Notes under the pieces: generated by a model
Told to the model about the DNA's origin: nothing
What the model saw: the letters and a program-made list of their open reading frames with translations, nothing else
Databases searched by the model: none
Assembly (NCBI GenBank): GCA_963789955.1
Contig: CAWBMV010000001.1
Location: forward strand, 736,001-800,000
Length of the DNA: 64,000 nt
From: an uncultured Candidatus Rokubacteria bacterium
GTDB taxonomy: Bacteria; Methylomirabilota; Methylomirabilia; Rokubacteriales; CSP1-6
Direction of reading: 5' to 3'
In this document: positions 33,784 to 43,750 of the stretch, in pieces
Position numbering within the stretch: position 1 is the stretch's first letter
Layout: each line of letters opens with the position of its first letter
Made by a program: the position numbers and the translations under genes

Positions 33784-34438
33784 TTACCGCGGGAGCTTGT
33801 CGAGGGAGCCGACGACCAGATCGGGGCTGACGCCGAGCGCTTCTTCCGGCGCGCCCGTTCGATTGCACCAGGCGACCTGATAGCCGAACGACTTCGCCCC
33901 GGCGACGTCCCAGCCGTTCGACGACACGAACAGCAGCTCCCCGGCCGCAATCCCCAGGACTTGAGGACCAAGCGCGTACACCAGCGGCGAGGGCTTGTAC
34001 GTCTTCACGCGGTCGACCGAGATGACGTGCTCGAGCAGCGACGCCGAGCCCGCTCGCGGTGACCGCGGCAGCCAGCATGGCCGGCGAACCGTTCGAGAGG
34101 ACCGCGCGCGGCCGGCCCGCGAGGCGCCCCAGCGCGGCCTTCACCTCGGGGAAGCAGGCGAGCGAGAGGTACGCGTCCATCAGGCGCTGCACCTGCGCCT
34201 CCGTCGCGCCGAGGCCGAGCCGCCTGATCGAGTAGCGAAGCGCCGCCTCGGTCACGACCCAGAAGTCGGCGTAGGTGCCCATGAGCGCGCGCAGCCACGT
34301 GTACTCGAGCTGCTTCTGGCGCCACGTGGTCGAGAGCGCCGCCGGATCGCTCGTGATCTCGCGGCCGGCCTCGACAACCGAGTGCACGTCGAAGAGGGTG
34401 CCGTAGGCGTCGAAGACGTAGCCGCGGATCGGGCTCAA
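33784..34438 (-). CDS. Haloacid dehalogenase type II (frameshift ~34045)
   Basis: VFDAYGTLFDV, WRQKQLEYTW, LSNGS, YKP, VSSNGWDVAGA. Confidence 0.9.
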
Positions 34439-35346
34439 CGCGTGTACGACATACGTCGCGCGCGCGCCGGCCGCCTCGGCGCCGGGCTCGGCTCGGGCGC
34501 CGCGTCGAGGCCCGCCTCGACGAAGCCGTACTTCAGGAGCTTCTTCGCGTCGAGGAACGACGACGTGCGGGTGCGCGAGCCGAGCACGATCATGATGAAC
34601 TGCTGCCCGTCGCGCCAGGCCGAGACGGCCAGGTTGTAGCCGGCCTCGAGGGTGAATCCGGTCTTGAGCGCCTGCACGCCCAGGGGATCGTTGAAGAGGG
34701 GGATGTGTCGCGCGTAGACGCGGCCGCGATAGACGAACGTCTGCCCGCCCAGCATCGGCCGCGCGGCGGGATGGTCCTGGAGCAGCCGGATGATGAGGTG
34801 AGCGAGATCGCGGGCGTTGCTTCGCTGGGCCGGGTCGGGCAGGCCGTGCGGGTTCGCGAAGCGGGTGGCGTGAAGCTCGAGCTCCTGCGCCTTGGAGTTC
34901 ATCCGACCGACGAAGCTCCACTCGTCTCCCGCCAGGCGCTCGGCCAGGGCGGTGGCCGCGTCGTTCGCCGAGGCGATCGCCACGCCTTCGAGCAGGACGT
35001 GGAGCGGCACGAGCTCACCCGCCCGGAGGCCCATCCGGGCCTTCGGCGTCAGGGACGCGTACTTGCTCACCGGCACCAGCTCGTCGAGCTCCGCGCGCCC
35101 GGCTTCGATGTCCTCGAACGCGAGATAGAGGGTCATCAGCTTCACGAGGCTGGCGGGTGCGCGCTCCTCTTCCGGATTCTTGGCGAAGAGTGTCTTCCCC
35201 TCGGGATCGAGCAGCAGGACGGCTTCAGCCGTGAGCACCGGCGGACGTCCGTCGGCAGCGAGCCGCGCCGGCTGACCGTTCGCAGCGAGGGGAACTAGGG
35301 CGGTTATCAGCACCGCCAGGACGGCGAGCATACGGCCTGGATGCAC
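34435..35346 (-). CDS. D-alanyl-D-alanine carboxypeptidase (S11)
   Basis: PASLVKLMT (SxxK), SANDA (SxN), NPHGL, KTGFT. Confidence 0.9.
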   Translation of the reverse strand: MHPGRMLAVLAVLITALVPLAANGQPARLAADGRPPVLTAEAVLLLDPEGKTLFAKNPEEERAPASLVKLMTLYLAFEDIEAGRAELDELVPVSKYASLTPKARMGLRAGELVPLHVLLEGVAIASANDAATALAERLAGDEWSFVGRMNSKAQELELHATRFANPHGLPDPAQRSNARDLAHLIIRLLQDHPAARPMLGGQTFVYRGRVYARHIPLFNDPLGVQALKTGFTLEAGYNLAVSAWRDGQQFIMIVLGSRTRTSSFLDAKKLLKYGFVEAGLDAAPEPSPAPRRPARARRMSYTR

Positions 35347-35395
35347 TGCGTCTGATTCTAGCGACCGCCCGAAGCGAGCGGCAAGGAAAAACCGG

Positions 35396-35677
35396 TCAGC
35401 GGACCGCCTGCTTCAGCTCTTTCGACGGCTTGAAGCGTGGGATGCGCCCGGCGACCGTCACCGCCTGACCCGTGCGAGGGTTCTTCAGGGTGCGGGGCTT
35501 TCGTCGCGCCACTGAGAAAGTTCCGAATCCGACGAGGGTGACCGCGTCACCTCGCTTCAGCGAGGCGCGAATACCGCCGAGCGCGGCCCGGAGCGCGCGC
35601 TCGGTGCCGGCCTTTGGCCAGCCCGCCGCCACTGCCATTCGCGCCACGATGTCGGCCTTCGTCATTGTTTCAGTCAC
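35396..35677 (-). CDS. HU-family DNA-binding protein
   Basis: MTKADIV, LVGFGTF, NPRTG, PRFKPSKELK. Confidence 0.92.
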   Translation of the reverse strand: MTETMTKADIVARMAVAAGWPKAGTERALRAALGGIRASLKRGDAVTLVGFGTFSVARRKPRTLKNPRTGQAVTVAGRIPRFKPSKELKQAVR

Positions 35678-35722
35678 GATTCGCGCCTGGCCGGCGGAAC
35701 CCCCGCCGGCCCGCGGCGCGCC

Positions 35723-36235
35723 CTACATACCGAACGCGCCCCGCGCTTCGTCCATGACGGTCTCGTCGATGGTCGCGTACCCGTGTTCGGCCGCGAATCG
35801 CTCGATCGCGCGGCGCGCCATGGGCCGGATGAACGAGGGGATCCGCTCCACGCGCGCCTCCGCCTCGGACGTCCAGGGCACCGCGGACGGCGTCACGGCC
35901 GCGCCCTCGTTGACCATGGCCGCGAACGGACAGCCGCCCGCCTCGGTCCCGGTCTCCGCCTGACTCTCGCCGATCTTGGCGACGTCACCTTCGAAGGCGT
36001 CGGCCCGCGGGTTGGCCATCATCGTGCGCACGTGCTCGAACGGGGCCGGCGGCGTGGCCCCGCCCACCTTGACGCCGAGACTCCTGACCATCTGCGTCTC
36101 GAACGGATTGGTGAGCATCGCGACGCGAAAACCGCACTCGGGGCACCGGAACGTGACGGCCAGCGAGCCTTCGTCGGGTCCTTCGGTCGAATGGAGCTTC
36201 ATCGGCTCGTCGCAGTCGAGACACAGGAACTTCAT
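35723..36235 (-). CDS. Zn-ribbon + PCP-reductase-like C-terminal domain protein
   Basis: CLDC...CPEC; C-terminal WTSEAEARVERIPSFIRPMARRAIE. Confidence 0.75.
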   Translation of the reverse strand: MKFLCLDCDEPMKLHSTEGPDEGSLAVTFRCPECGFRVAMLTNPFETQMVRSLGVKVGGATPPAPFEHVRTMMANPRADAFEGDVAKIGESQAETGTEAGGCPFAAMVNEGAAVTPSAVPWTSEAEARVERIPSFIRPMARRAIERFAAEHGYATIDETVMDEARGAFGM

Positions 36236-36319
36236 GGCTCGGCATTCTATCACTCCCTCGCGCGCCGCGGCCCGGAGGCTCGCTCGCAACGGGGAGTTGT
36301 GCTAGCGTGAATCCCCGGC

Positions 36320-36394
36320 GCCGGTGTAGCTCAGTGGCAGAGCAGCTGATTCGTAATCAGCAGGTCGCGGGTTCAAGTCCCGCCGCCGGCTCCA
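36320..36394 (+). tRNA. tRNA-Thr(CGT)
   Basis: GCCGGTG acceptor stem, TAGCTCAGTGG D-arm, anticodon arm CTGAT-TCGTA-ATCAG, GGTTCAAGTCC T-arm, CCA end. Confidence 0.96.
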
Positions 36395-36509
36395 GTTACC
36401 AAGGACTTCTAAGGCACCTCTGCCAGGTAGACAGGCTCTTCGGTTGATCCTTGCGTTGAAACTTCGGCGGACTGAGCGTTGCGCTCCGACGCTCGTGAGG
36501 ACGACAACC

Positions 36510-38654
36510 ATGACGGCCGACCACCGCGCTCACGCTCGAGGCGATCCGTCGACGCCGAATGCTCAGCCATCTGAGCGCGCGCAGCGCGATCAGCACGGGT
36601 CGGTGCCGACTGTACCGACCGGCCAGGGATCATCCCAGCACGCTACGCACGGCGCTCCCGAGGGCGACAACGTCCACGCCGGCCACGACAAGCACGCCGG
36701 CCACTCCGTCGAGATGTTCCGTCAGAAGTTCTGGGGCACGCTAGCGCTCGCGATCCCCACCCTCGTGTGGGCGCCGATGATCCAGCACTGGCTCGGCTAT
36801 TCGGCGCCCGGCGGGCCCGGTGCATCGCGCTGGATCTCGGCGATCTTCGGGGCGCTCGTGTTCGCGTACGGCGGGTGGGTCTTCATCAAAGGTGCGGTCC
36901 GGGAGCTCGCCGACCGCCGCCCTGGGATGATGACGCTCATCGCGCTCGCGATCAGCGTCTCATTCCTCTTCAGCCTTGCGGTCACCCTCGGCTTCCCCGG
37001 CATGGACTTCTGGTGGGAGCTAGCGACCCTCGTCACCATCATGGTCCTCGGCCACTGGATCGAAATGCGCTCGATCGCCCAGGCCCAGGGAGCACTGAAG
37101 GAGCTCGCCAAGCTCCTCCCCGATGTCGCGGTACGTCTTGTCGACGAAAGGACCGAGGACGTGTCCGTCGCCGATCTCCGCGGCGGAGACGTGGTGCTCG
37201 TTCGTCCGGGCGCGAGCATCCCGGCCGACGGCGTCGTGCGTGAGGGGACGAGCGAGGTGAACGAGTCCATGATCACCGGCGAGTCACGACCCGTCGGGAA
37301 GGGCCCCGGCGGCGCGGTGGTCGCTGGGACGGTCAATGGCTCCGGCTCCCTTCGGGTCGAGGTCACGGGCACGGGAGAGCGCACGGCACTCGCCGGCATC
37401 ATGCGCCTCGTCGAACAGGCGCAGAGCTCACGTTCCCGGACGCAGGCTCTGGCCGATCGGGCTGCACTCGCGCTCACGATCATTGCGGTCGTGGCGGCGG
37501 CGCTCACGCTCGTGGGCTGGTCCGCGGCCGGAGCCGAGGCCTCGTTCGTGATCGAGCGTGTGGTCACGGTCCTGGTCATCGCGTGTCCCCACGCGCTTGG
37601 TCTCGCCATCCCGCTCGTGGTCGCAATCTCCATCACGCTCGGCGCCCGCAACGGATTCCTGGTGCGTGACCGGCGTGGACTCGAGGAGGCGCGCAACGTG
37701 AACGCCGTCTTCTTCGACAAGACCGGCACGCTCACGCGTGGAGAGTTCCGGGTTGTGGAGATCACCAGCCGCGAGCGGTTGGCCCAGGACGACGTGCTGG
37801 CGCTGGCTGCGGCGGCGGAGCGCGACTCGGAACACACGATCGCCCGCGGCATCGTCAAGAGCGCGGAGGAGCGCGGCCTCGCGATCCCGCAGGCCGAGCG
37901 CTTCCAGGCCATTCCCGGACAGGGTGTGGAGGCAATGGTCGGCGGCAGGCAGTTCCTGATCGGCGGTCCCGCACTGCTGCGCCGGCTCGCGGTGGAGCCG
38001 GAGCCAGCGCTCCGTGCGGCCATCGACCGTGCGGCGGTCCGCGGTCAGGCGGCGGTCACGCTGCTCGAGAAGACGACACCGCTGGCCGTGTTTGCGGTGG
38101 CGGACGCCGTACGCGGCGAGTCCCGCGAGGCGGTGTCGCGCCTTCAAGAGCAAGGTATCGAAGTGATCATGATGACCGGCGACGCGCAGGCGGTCGGCAC
38201 AGCGGTCGCCGAGGATCTGGGTATCGACCGCGTGTTCGCCGAGGTCCTGCCGGAGCAGAAGGCGTCGAAGATCAAGGACGTACAGCGGCAGGGCAAGCGC
38301 GTCGCGATGGTCGGCGACGGGGTCAACGACGCCCCCGCGCTTTTGACAGCTGACGTCGGAATCGCCATCGGCGCGGGGACCGACGTCGCCGTCGAGGCCG
38401 GCGACGTGGTGCTCGTGAGGAGCGACCCCCGTGACGTGGCGCGGCTCATCGCGCTGAGCAAGGCGACGTACCGCAAAATGGTCCAGAACCTCTGGTGGGC
38501 GACCGGCTACAACATCGTGGCCATTCCCCTCGCGGCCGGCGTGCTGGCGCCGTGGGGGATCGTGCTCTCCCCCGCCGTCGGTGCGGTATTGATGTCGCTG
38601 AGCACCGTCATCGTAGCTGCCAACGCCCAGCTCCTTCGTGGCGTCCGCGTGTAA
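36510..38654 (+). CDS. Heavy-metal P1B-type ATPase, His-rich N-terminus (CopB-like)
   Basis: TGES, ACPHALGLA, DKTGTLT, GDGVNDAP, YN and MSLS TM motifs. Confidence 0.92.
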   Translation: MTADHRAHARGDPSTPNAQPSERAQRDQHGSVPTVPTGQGSSQHATHGAPEGDNVHAGHDKHAGHSVEMFRQKFWGTLALAIPTLVWAPMIQHWLGYSAPGGPGASRWISAIFGALVFAYGGWVFIKGAVRELADRRPGMMTLIALAISVSFLFSLAVTLGFPGMDFWWELATLVTIMVLGHWIEMRSIAQAQGALKELAKLLPDVAVRLVDERTEDVSVADLRGGDVVLVRPGASIPADGVVREGTSEVNESMITGESRPVGKGPGGAVVAGTVNGSGSLRVEVTGTGERTALAGIMRLVEQAQSSRSRTQALADRAALALTIIAVVAAALTLVGWSAAGAEASFVIERVVTVLVIACPHALGLAIPLVVAISITLGARNGFLVRDRRGLEEARNVNAVFFDKTGTLTRGEFRVVEITSRERLAQDDVLALAAAAERDSEHTIARGIVKSAEERGLAIPQAERFQAIPGQGVEAMVGGRQFLIGGPALLRRLAVEPEPALRAAIDRAAVRGQAAVTLLEKTTPLAVFAVADAVRGESREAVSRLQEQGIEVIMMTGDAQAVGTAVAEDLGIDRVFAEVLPEQKASKIKDVQRQGKRVAMVGDGVNDAPALLTADVGIAIGAGTDVAVEAGDVVLVRSDPRDVARLIALSKATYRKMVQNLWWATGYNIVAIPLAAGVLAPWGIVLSPAVGAVLMSLSTVIVAANAQLLRGVRV

Positions 38655-38842
38655 GCGGGTCCTTACGAGCGACCGCCGCCGGCGGCGCCGGCCGTTGACG
38701 CGCTCTTGTCTTTCAGGGGACGCGCGTCTTGATATACAGTTACGACGTCGACGCGGGAGTCCGGAAAGCTGAGCGCGGACAGCACGTTCGATCGCGCCTC
38801 GTCTCTCCGAGCCGACCGGTCGAACTACGAGACGAGGTGGCC

Positions 38843-39244
38843 ATGCCCGCAAGTGGTCGACGTGAAGAGATTCGCGTTCCCGGGATGCCCGAGCCGATCA
38901 GCCATTTCACCAACGTCGTGCGCGCCGGCCGCCTCGTGTTCGTGTCGGGCTGCGTCGCGTCCGACGCCGACGGGCGCACCATCGGTGGCAACGACGCGAC
39001 CGCGCAGGCCCGACAGGTCCACGAGAATCTGAAGAAGTGCCTGGCGGCCGCCGGCGCGACGTTCGCCGACGTCTGCAAGGTCACGGTGTTCCTCAAGAAC
39101 ATCGCCGATCGCGAGAAGGTCAACGTGGCCCGCAAGGAATACTTCGGAGCTCATCGCCCTGCCAGCACGCTCGTCGAGATCTCGCGTCTGGTCCGCGAAG
39201 ACCTGCTCGTCGAGATCGAGGCGATCGCGGTGTTGCCCGAGTAG
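38843..39244 (+). CDS. RidA/YjgF family protein
   Basis: LVFVSG, DVCKVTVFL, RPASTLVE, LVEIEAIA. Confidence 0.88.
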   Translation: MPASGRREEIRVPGMPEPISHFTNVVRAGRLVFVSGCVASDADGRTIGGNDATAQARQVHENLKKCLAAAGATFADVCKVTVFLKNIADREKVNVARKEYFGAHRPASTLVEISRLVREDLLVEIEAIAVLPE

Positions 39245-39247
39245 CAG

Positions 39248-41140
39248 GTGGCCAACGCGGAGTCTCTCTGCGAGCGCGCTCATGTGTGGGTCCGGCAGGG
39301 GCGCTACCGCGAGGCCGAGGCGGCGTACCGTGAGGCGGTTCGAAACGACCCCGGCCGGCTGAGAGCCTACCTCGGGCTCGGTCTGGTCCTGCGCCGCCAG
39401 CGCCGGTCGGCGGAAGCCGAGGCCGTCTTCAAGCAGGCGATCCTCCTCCAGCCCGACGGCGTGTCGGCGCATCTCGAGCTCGGCGGCGCGCTCTTCGAGC
39501 AGACCCGCTACGCCGAGGCGGCCGCGGCGTTTCGCGAAGCGATCCGGCTCCGGCCCGACTCTCCTCAGGCGTACGTGAGCCTGGGTCTCTCGCTGACCCG
39601 TCGCGGCGACTACGCGGGCGCTGAGTCCGCGTTCCGCGACGCGTTGACCCTGAAGCCGAACGACGCAATCGCCGGCGCAAACCTGGCGACGGTGCTGCGG
39701 CGGCAACGCAAGGTCACGGCGGCCGAGGCCGTGCACCGCGAGGCGCTGACACGCGCCACGGCGCCCACGACGGTTCGACGCGACCTCGCCGACACGCTCT
39801 ACGAGCAGGCGAAGTATGCCGAGGCCGCGACGGCGTTTCGCGAGGCGCTCTCGCTCACGCCGAGCGACGCGAAGGCGTGGCGGGGTCTGGCCCTGTCGCT
39901 CGAGCGATTGGGTCGACTCGCCGAGGCGACCAGCGCGTATCGCGACGCGATCCGACTGCGGCCCGACGACGCCGACCTGCGCGAGCGGCTCGGCGCCGTG
40001 CTCCGGCGCCGGCATCGCGACGTCGAGGCGGCCGCTGCGTTCCGCGAGTCGCTGCGCCTGCGCCCCGATGCCGCGCGCGCGCACCATCATCTGGCGGTCA
40101 CACTCGAGCGCCTCGGCCGCTACGACGACGCCGCGGCGGCGTTTCGCGAGGCGATCCGGCTGCGGCCGACGTATCTGCACGCGCACCTCGGTCTGGCCGC
40201 GACGTTGCGACGGCAAGGCCGATGGGCGGAGGAAGCCGCGGCGTACGCCGATGCGCTGCAGGTCAGTCCGGACGACGCCGATCTTCACAGCGGCCGAGGC
40301 CTGGCACTCGGCGCCCTCGGCGACTACGCCGAGGCCGCGGCCGCGTTCCGGCGGGCGCTGGCGCTCCGTCCCGACGATGCCGACCTGCACTACGAGCTCG
40401 GGGTCGCGCTCGGGCGACAGGGAAGACATGCCGACGCCGAGATCGCGCTACGCTCTGCGATCCGCGTTCGCCCCGACTCCGTCAAGGCGCGCGCGAATCT
40501 GGCGCTCGGCCTGGGCCGGCAGGGCAAGCACCTCGAAGCCGAGTCGTCGTACCGCGAGGCACTCGCGCTGCGGCCGAACCACGCGACCTTGCGCCGCGGC
40601 CTCGGCGTCGCGCTGTACTGGCAGGGGCGATACGCGGAGGCCGAAACTTCGTTCCGCGAGGCGGTGCGCATCAAGCCCGAGTACGCGCGGGCGCACAGCG
40701 ATCTGGGCGAGATGCTGGCCGAGCAGCACCGCTATCGCGAGTCCGAGGCGGCGTATCGCGCCGTCATCCGGATCACACCCGACTCGCCCGCGCCGCACAC
40801 CGCGCTCGCGGGCGTGCTCCTGGCCCAGCGCCGGTACGCCGATGCCGCGGCCGAGTGTCGCGAGGCGATCCGGCTCAACTTCGACGAGCCGCGGGCGCAC
40901 ATCAACCTGTGGGATTCCCTCGAGTACCTCGGCCACTACGACGAGCTCGAGACCGCGGCGCGCGCGCTCATCGAGCGCAGGCCCGATCACGCCGACGCCC
41001 ATGCGCGGCTCGGGCGCGCGCTGTTCGCCCGCGGACGCTACGCCGAGGCCGCGGCCGCCTACCAGACGGCAGTCGGGCTCCATCCAGAAGTCGCGCGCTT
41101 CCGCGACGGGCTCGCCGCGGCGCTATCGAAGGTCGAGTAG
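39248..41140 (+). CDS. Tetratricopeptide repeat protein
   Basis: ~34-aa repeats (LG..L..QGRY.EA...FREAIRLRP) along the whole length. Confidence 0.9.
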   Translation: MANAESLCERAHVWVRQGRYREAEAAYREAVRNDPGRLRAYLGLGLVLRRQRRSAEAEAVFKQAILLQPDGVSAHLELGGALFEQTRYAEAAAAFREAIRLRPDSPQAYVSLGLSLTRRGDYAGAESAFRDALTLKPNDAIAGANLATVLRRQRKVTAAEAVHREALTRATAPTTVRRDLADTLYEQAKYAEAATAFREALSLTPSDAKAWRGLALSLERLGRLAEATSAYRDAIRLRPDDADLRERLGAVLRRRHRDVEAAAAFRESLRLRPDAARAHHHLAVTLERLGRYDDAAAAFREAIRLRPTYLHAHLGLAATLRRQGRWAEEAAAYADALQVSPDDADLHSGRGLALGALGDYAEAAAAFRRALALRPDDADLHYELGVALGRQGRHADAEIALRSAIRVRPDSVKARANLALGLGRQGKHLEAESSYREALALRPNHATLRRGLGVALYWQGRYAEAETSFREAVRIKPEYARAHSDLGEMLAEQHRYRESEAAYRAVIRITPDSPAPHTALAGVLLAQRRYADAAAECREAIRLNFDEPRAHINLWDSLEYLGHYDELETAARALIERRPDHADAHARLGRALFARGRYAEAAAAYQTAVGLHPEVARFRDGLAAALSKVE

Positions 41141-41854
41141 GCGCCGGAACTCTTCGAGATCGGCGGCCGGGACGTCGGGCCGCTGCCGCACGGCCTCGTG
41201 GACGTGCGCGGGATTGTCCTCGATCGCCCGGCTGACGCGGGCGAACAGCTTGACGAACCGCTTCGCTTCCTTTTCCGCCTTGGCCGTCGCGACCGAGCTC
41301 GCCAGCATGCCGGCGAGGGCGATGATCTTGCTGTCCAGCCTGACGAAGCCTTTCACGGCCGGTGAGATCAGGCTCCGGCGATCCGCGCCGGGGGCGAAGG
41401 CGTACTCGATCACGACGACCGCCTGGCCGCTGATGCTTGGAAGCAGCCCCGACTGGTACTGGCCGTGCGCGAACACCACGCGCGTGCCGCTGCTCGCGTA
41501 GACCACCGAGAACTGCCCGACGACGCCCCAGCCGTCGTCGAGCCAGAGCCCCCCCTCGGGGCCGCGCCAGATGCGATAGCGGGCCAGCTTCAGGGCGCGG
41601 GTGATGTGGGTGGCGAACTCCGGATGGTCCAGCAGGAACTCGAAGACGTCCGACCGCGCGAGGAACGGCTCGCCGGCCGCCTGTGCGCTCACCGAGGCTC
41701 CCTCGGCGACCTCCTGTAGACGCGTTCGCTCTTGAGCGGGAATCTGGGCGGGAAGGATGGGTGACGGCTTGGCCGCGAGCGCGCTCGACACCAGCAGGAC
41801 TGCCGTAATACCGGCAACGGCGCATGTCGATCCGCGGCGGTGCCTGGACAACAC
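41123..41854 (-). CDS. Exported hypothetical protein
   Basis: Signal-like N-terminus, good codon bias, TATAAT 9 nt upstream. Confidence 0.65.
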   Translation of the reverse strand: MLSRHRRGSTCAVAGITAVLLVSSALAAKPSPILPAQIPAQERTRLQEVAEGASVSAQAAGEPFLARSDVFEFLLDHPEFATHITRALKLARYRIWRGPEGGLWLDDGWGVVGQFSVVYASSGTRVVFAHGQYQSGLLPSISGQAVVVIEYAFAPGADRRSLISPAVKGFVRLDSKIIALAGMLASSVATAKAEKEAKRFVKLFARVSRAIEDNPAHVHEAVRQRPDVPAADLEEFRRLLDLR

Positions 41855-41935
41855 GACCGCGCCATTATACCCTCGCCCCTACCAACGTAATTCGCCCCGA
41901 ACTTGCGGCGCCCCGTCCGGGGCGCGGGGGGCAGC

Positions 41936-42628
41936 ATGTACCAATACCTTTACGCGATCGCCGACCGGCTCCCGGCGGCGTGGCGTCCGCCGACCGCGAG
42001 CGTCGGAGGCCCCGTCGAGCTCCGGCGCCTGGGTGACCTCGTGGTCCTCGTCAGCCGGCTCGATCGACTCCCCGAGGCCAACGCGCGGACGCTCGCGCTT
42101 CACCATGACGTCGTGGCGACGACCCTCGATGCCTCCGGGACCGTGCCGTTCAGGTTCGGGATGGTCGTCGACGCGCAGGACCTCGACGCCTGGCTCGCCG
42201 CCCACGCGCCGCTCGTCAACACGACCCTCGCCCAGCTTCGGGGCTCCGTCGAGATGAACGTGAAGCTCTTGCGTCTTCACTGCGGCCACTCGATCGATCG
42301 CACATGTCGCGAGTGCGCCGACGGCGCGCCCGGCGTCGTCCAGCTCCGCGAGCTCGGCGAGCGGCTCGTGACGCAGGCCGGGATCGAGCGCTGGCGCTAT
42401 CGGTCGCCCGGGGGCGGGAGCAACGTCGCGGGATCGGTCGCGTTCCTGGTCGCGCGCTCCGAGGTCGACGGATTTCTCGCGCGCATCGCGCCGATCGCAT
42501 CGCGCGCGACCGGGATCGCCGTCGTGCCGACCGGCCCGTGGCCACCGTACTCGTTCGTGCCAAACTTCGACCGTTTTCCGCTGGCGCGGCATCGAGAACC
42601 CGATCGTCCGGTCGGCCGCCCGGCCTGA
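41936..42628 (+). CDS. GvpL/GvpF family protein (orphan)
   Basis: YLYAI, HHDVV, VPFRFG, AFLVAR..VD.F, TGPWPPYSFV. Confidence 0.85.
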   Translation: MYQYLYAIADRLPAAWRPPTASVGGPVELRRLGDLVVLVSRLDRLPEANARTLALHHDVVATTLDASGTVPFRFGMVVDAQDLDAWLAAHAPLVNTTLAQLRGSVEMNVKLLRLHCGHSIDRTCRECADGAPGVVQLRELGERLVTQAGIERWRYRSPGGGSNVAGSVAFLVARSEVDGFLARIAPIASRATGIAVVPTGPWPPYSFVPNFDRFPLARHREPDRPVGRPA

Positions 42629-42713
42629 TTCGTCCATTTCCGGACGCGCCCAGGTCCCCGCTTGCTCCGGCTGAGGGTTTGGAATAGGCTTACCGCCACC
42701 TCGAGGAGGCTCA

Positions 42714-42911
42714 ATGCAGCGACTCCAGCGCTCCGCGGTCGAGCAGCTGATGGACGGACGCCCGGACACGACGCTGGAGGTCGCGCTCGAAGTCTTCGAG
42801 GTCTTTGCCAGCGGCTCGCTGACGGACGAGGTGTACATCCTGGACGACGTCGCCGGCAAGCGCATCGCGATCGCTCCGACCACGCTCAAGGACAAGTATC
42901 GGCGGGGGTGA
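42714..42911 (+). CDS. Hypothetical 65-aa protein
   Basis: SD GAGGAGG, good codon bias, 3-nt gap to the next gene. Confidence 0.75.
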   Translation: MQRLQRSAVEQLMDGRPDTTLEVALEVFEVFASGSLTDEVYILDDVAGKRIAIAPTTLKDKYRRG

Positions 42912-42914
42912 TCT

Positions 42915-43742
42915 ATGGCCATCATCGTTGTGTCGCATCAGATGGGAGCGGGCGGCCCGGAGATCGGTATGTCGCTGGCACAGCGACTCGGGTACCGCTA
43001 CGTGAACCAGGAGCTCCTGCTCGACGCGGCCCGTCGCTACGGGCTCGCGGAGGACAAGCTCTCCCACCTCGATGAGTCGAAGCCGACGTTGTTCGAGCGT
43101 TTCGACACCGAGACCCGCCACCACATCACCGTGCTGCAGACGACCTGTCTCGAGTTCGCCGAGGACGACAACTGCGTCCTGATGCGCGGCGGCGGCCAGT
43201 GGCTGCTGCGCGGCGTGCCGCACGTGCTGCGCGCTCGCGTCATCGCGCCGTTCGAGCATCGCGTGAAGCAGTGGGTCAAGCGCACCGCCGAGATGACGGG
43301 TGAGACGCCCAACTATCGCGCGGCCGCCGAGCTCGTGCGCCGCGACGACCTCGAGAAATCCGGGAGAATGCGGTACCTCTACGAGGTCGACATCGCGGAT
43401 CCCACGCTCTACGAGCTGACCGTGAACACCGAGAAGATGAAATACGACGCGGTGGTCGCGGTCCTCGAGGCGCTCACGCGCCGGCCCGACATGGCCACGA
43501 CCGAGGCCGGCAAGCAGATGGTCGCCTCGCGCGCGCTCGCGTCGCGCGTGCAGGTGGCGCTCGCGACTCATCCGGAGACGCGGCGCTATCGGATCACCGT
43601 CGAGGCTCATAGCGGCGTGGTCACGCTCGAGGGAACGGCGGCGCTCGAGCGCGCCGTCGAAGTTGCTCGCTCTGTGCCTGGGGTTCGCGAAGTCAAGACC
43701 CAGCAGGTCGAGATTCCTCCGATTCCTCCCTTCGTCGCTTAG
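42915..43742 (+). CDS. Cytidylate-kinase-like protein with C-terminal BON domain
   Basis: IVVSHQMGAGG.EIG..LAQRLGY, D..R..Y..YDL.VN-like motif; C-terminal ITV...GVVTLEG...VPGVREV. Confidence 0.82.
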   Translation: MAIIVVSHQMGAGGPEIGMSLAQRLGYRYVNQELLLDAARRYGLAEDKLSHLDESKPTLFERFDTETRHHITVLQTTCLEFAEDDNCVLMRGGGQWLLRGVPHVLRARVIAPFEHRVKQWVKRTAEMTGETPNYRAAAELVRRDDLEKSGRMRYLYEVDIADPTLYELTVNTEKMKYDAVVAVLEALTRRPDMATTEAGKQMVASRALASRVQVALATHPETRRYRITVEAHSGVVTLEGTAALERAVEVARSVPGVREVKTQQVEIPPIPPFVA

Positions 43743-43750
43743 CTGGGAGG

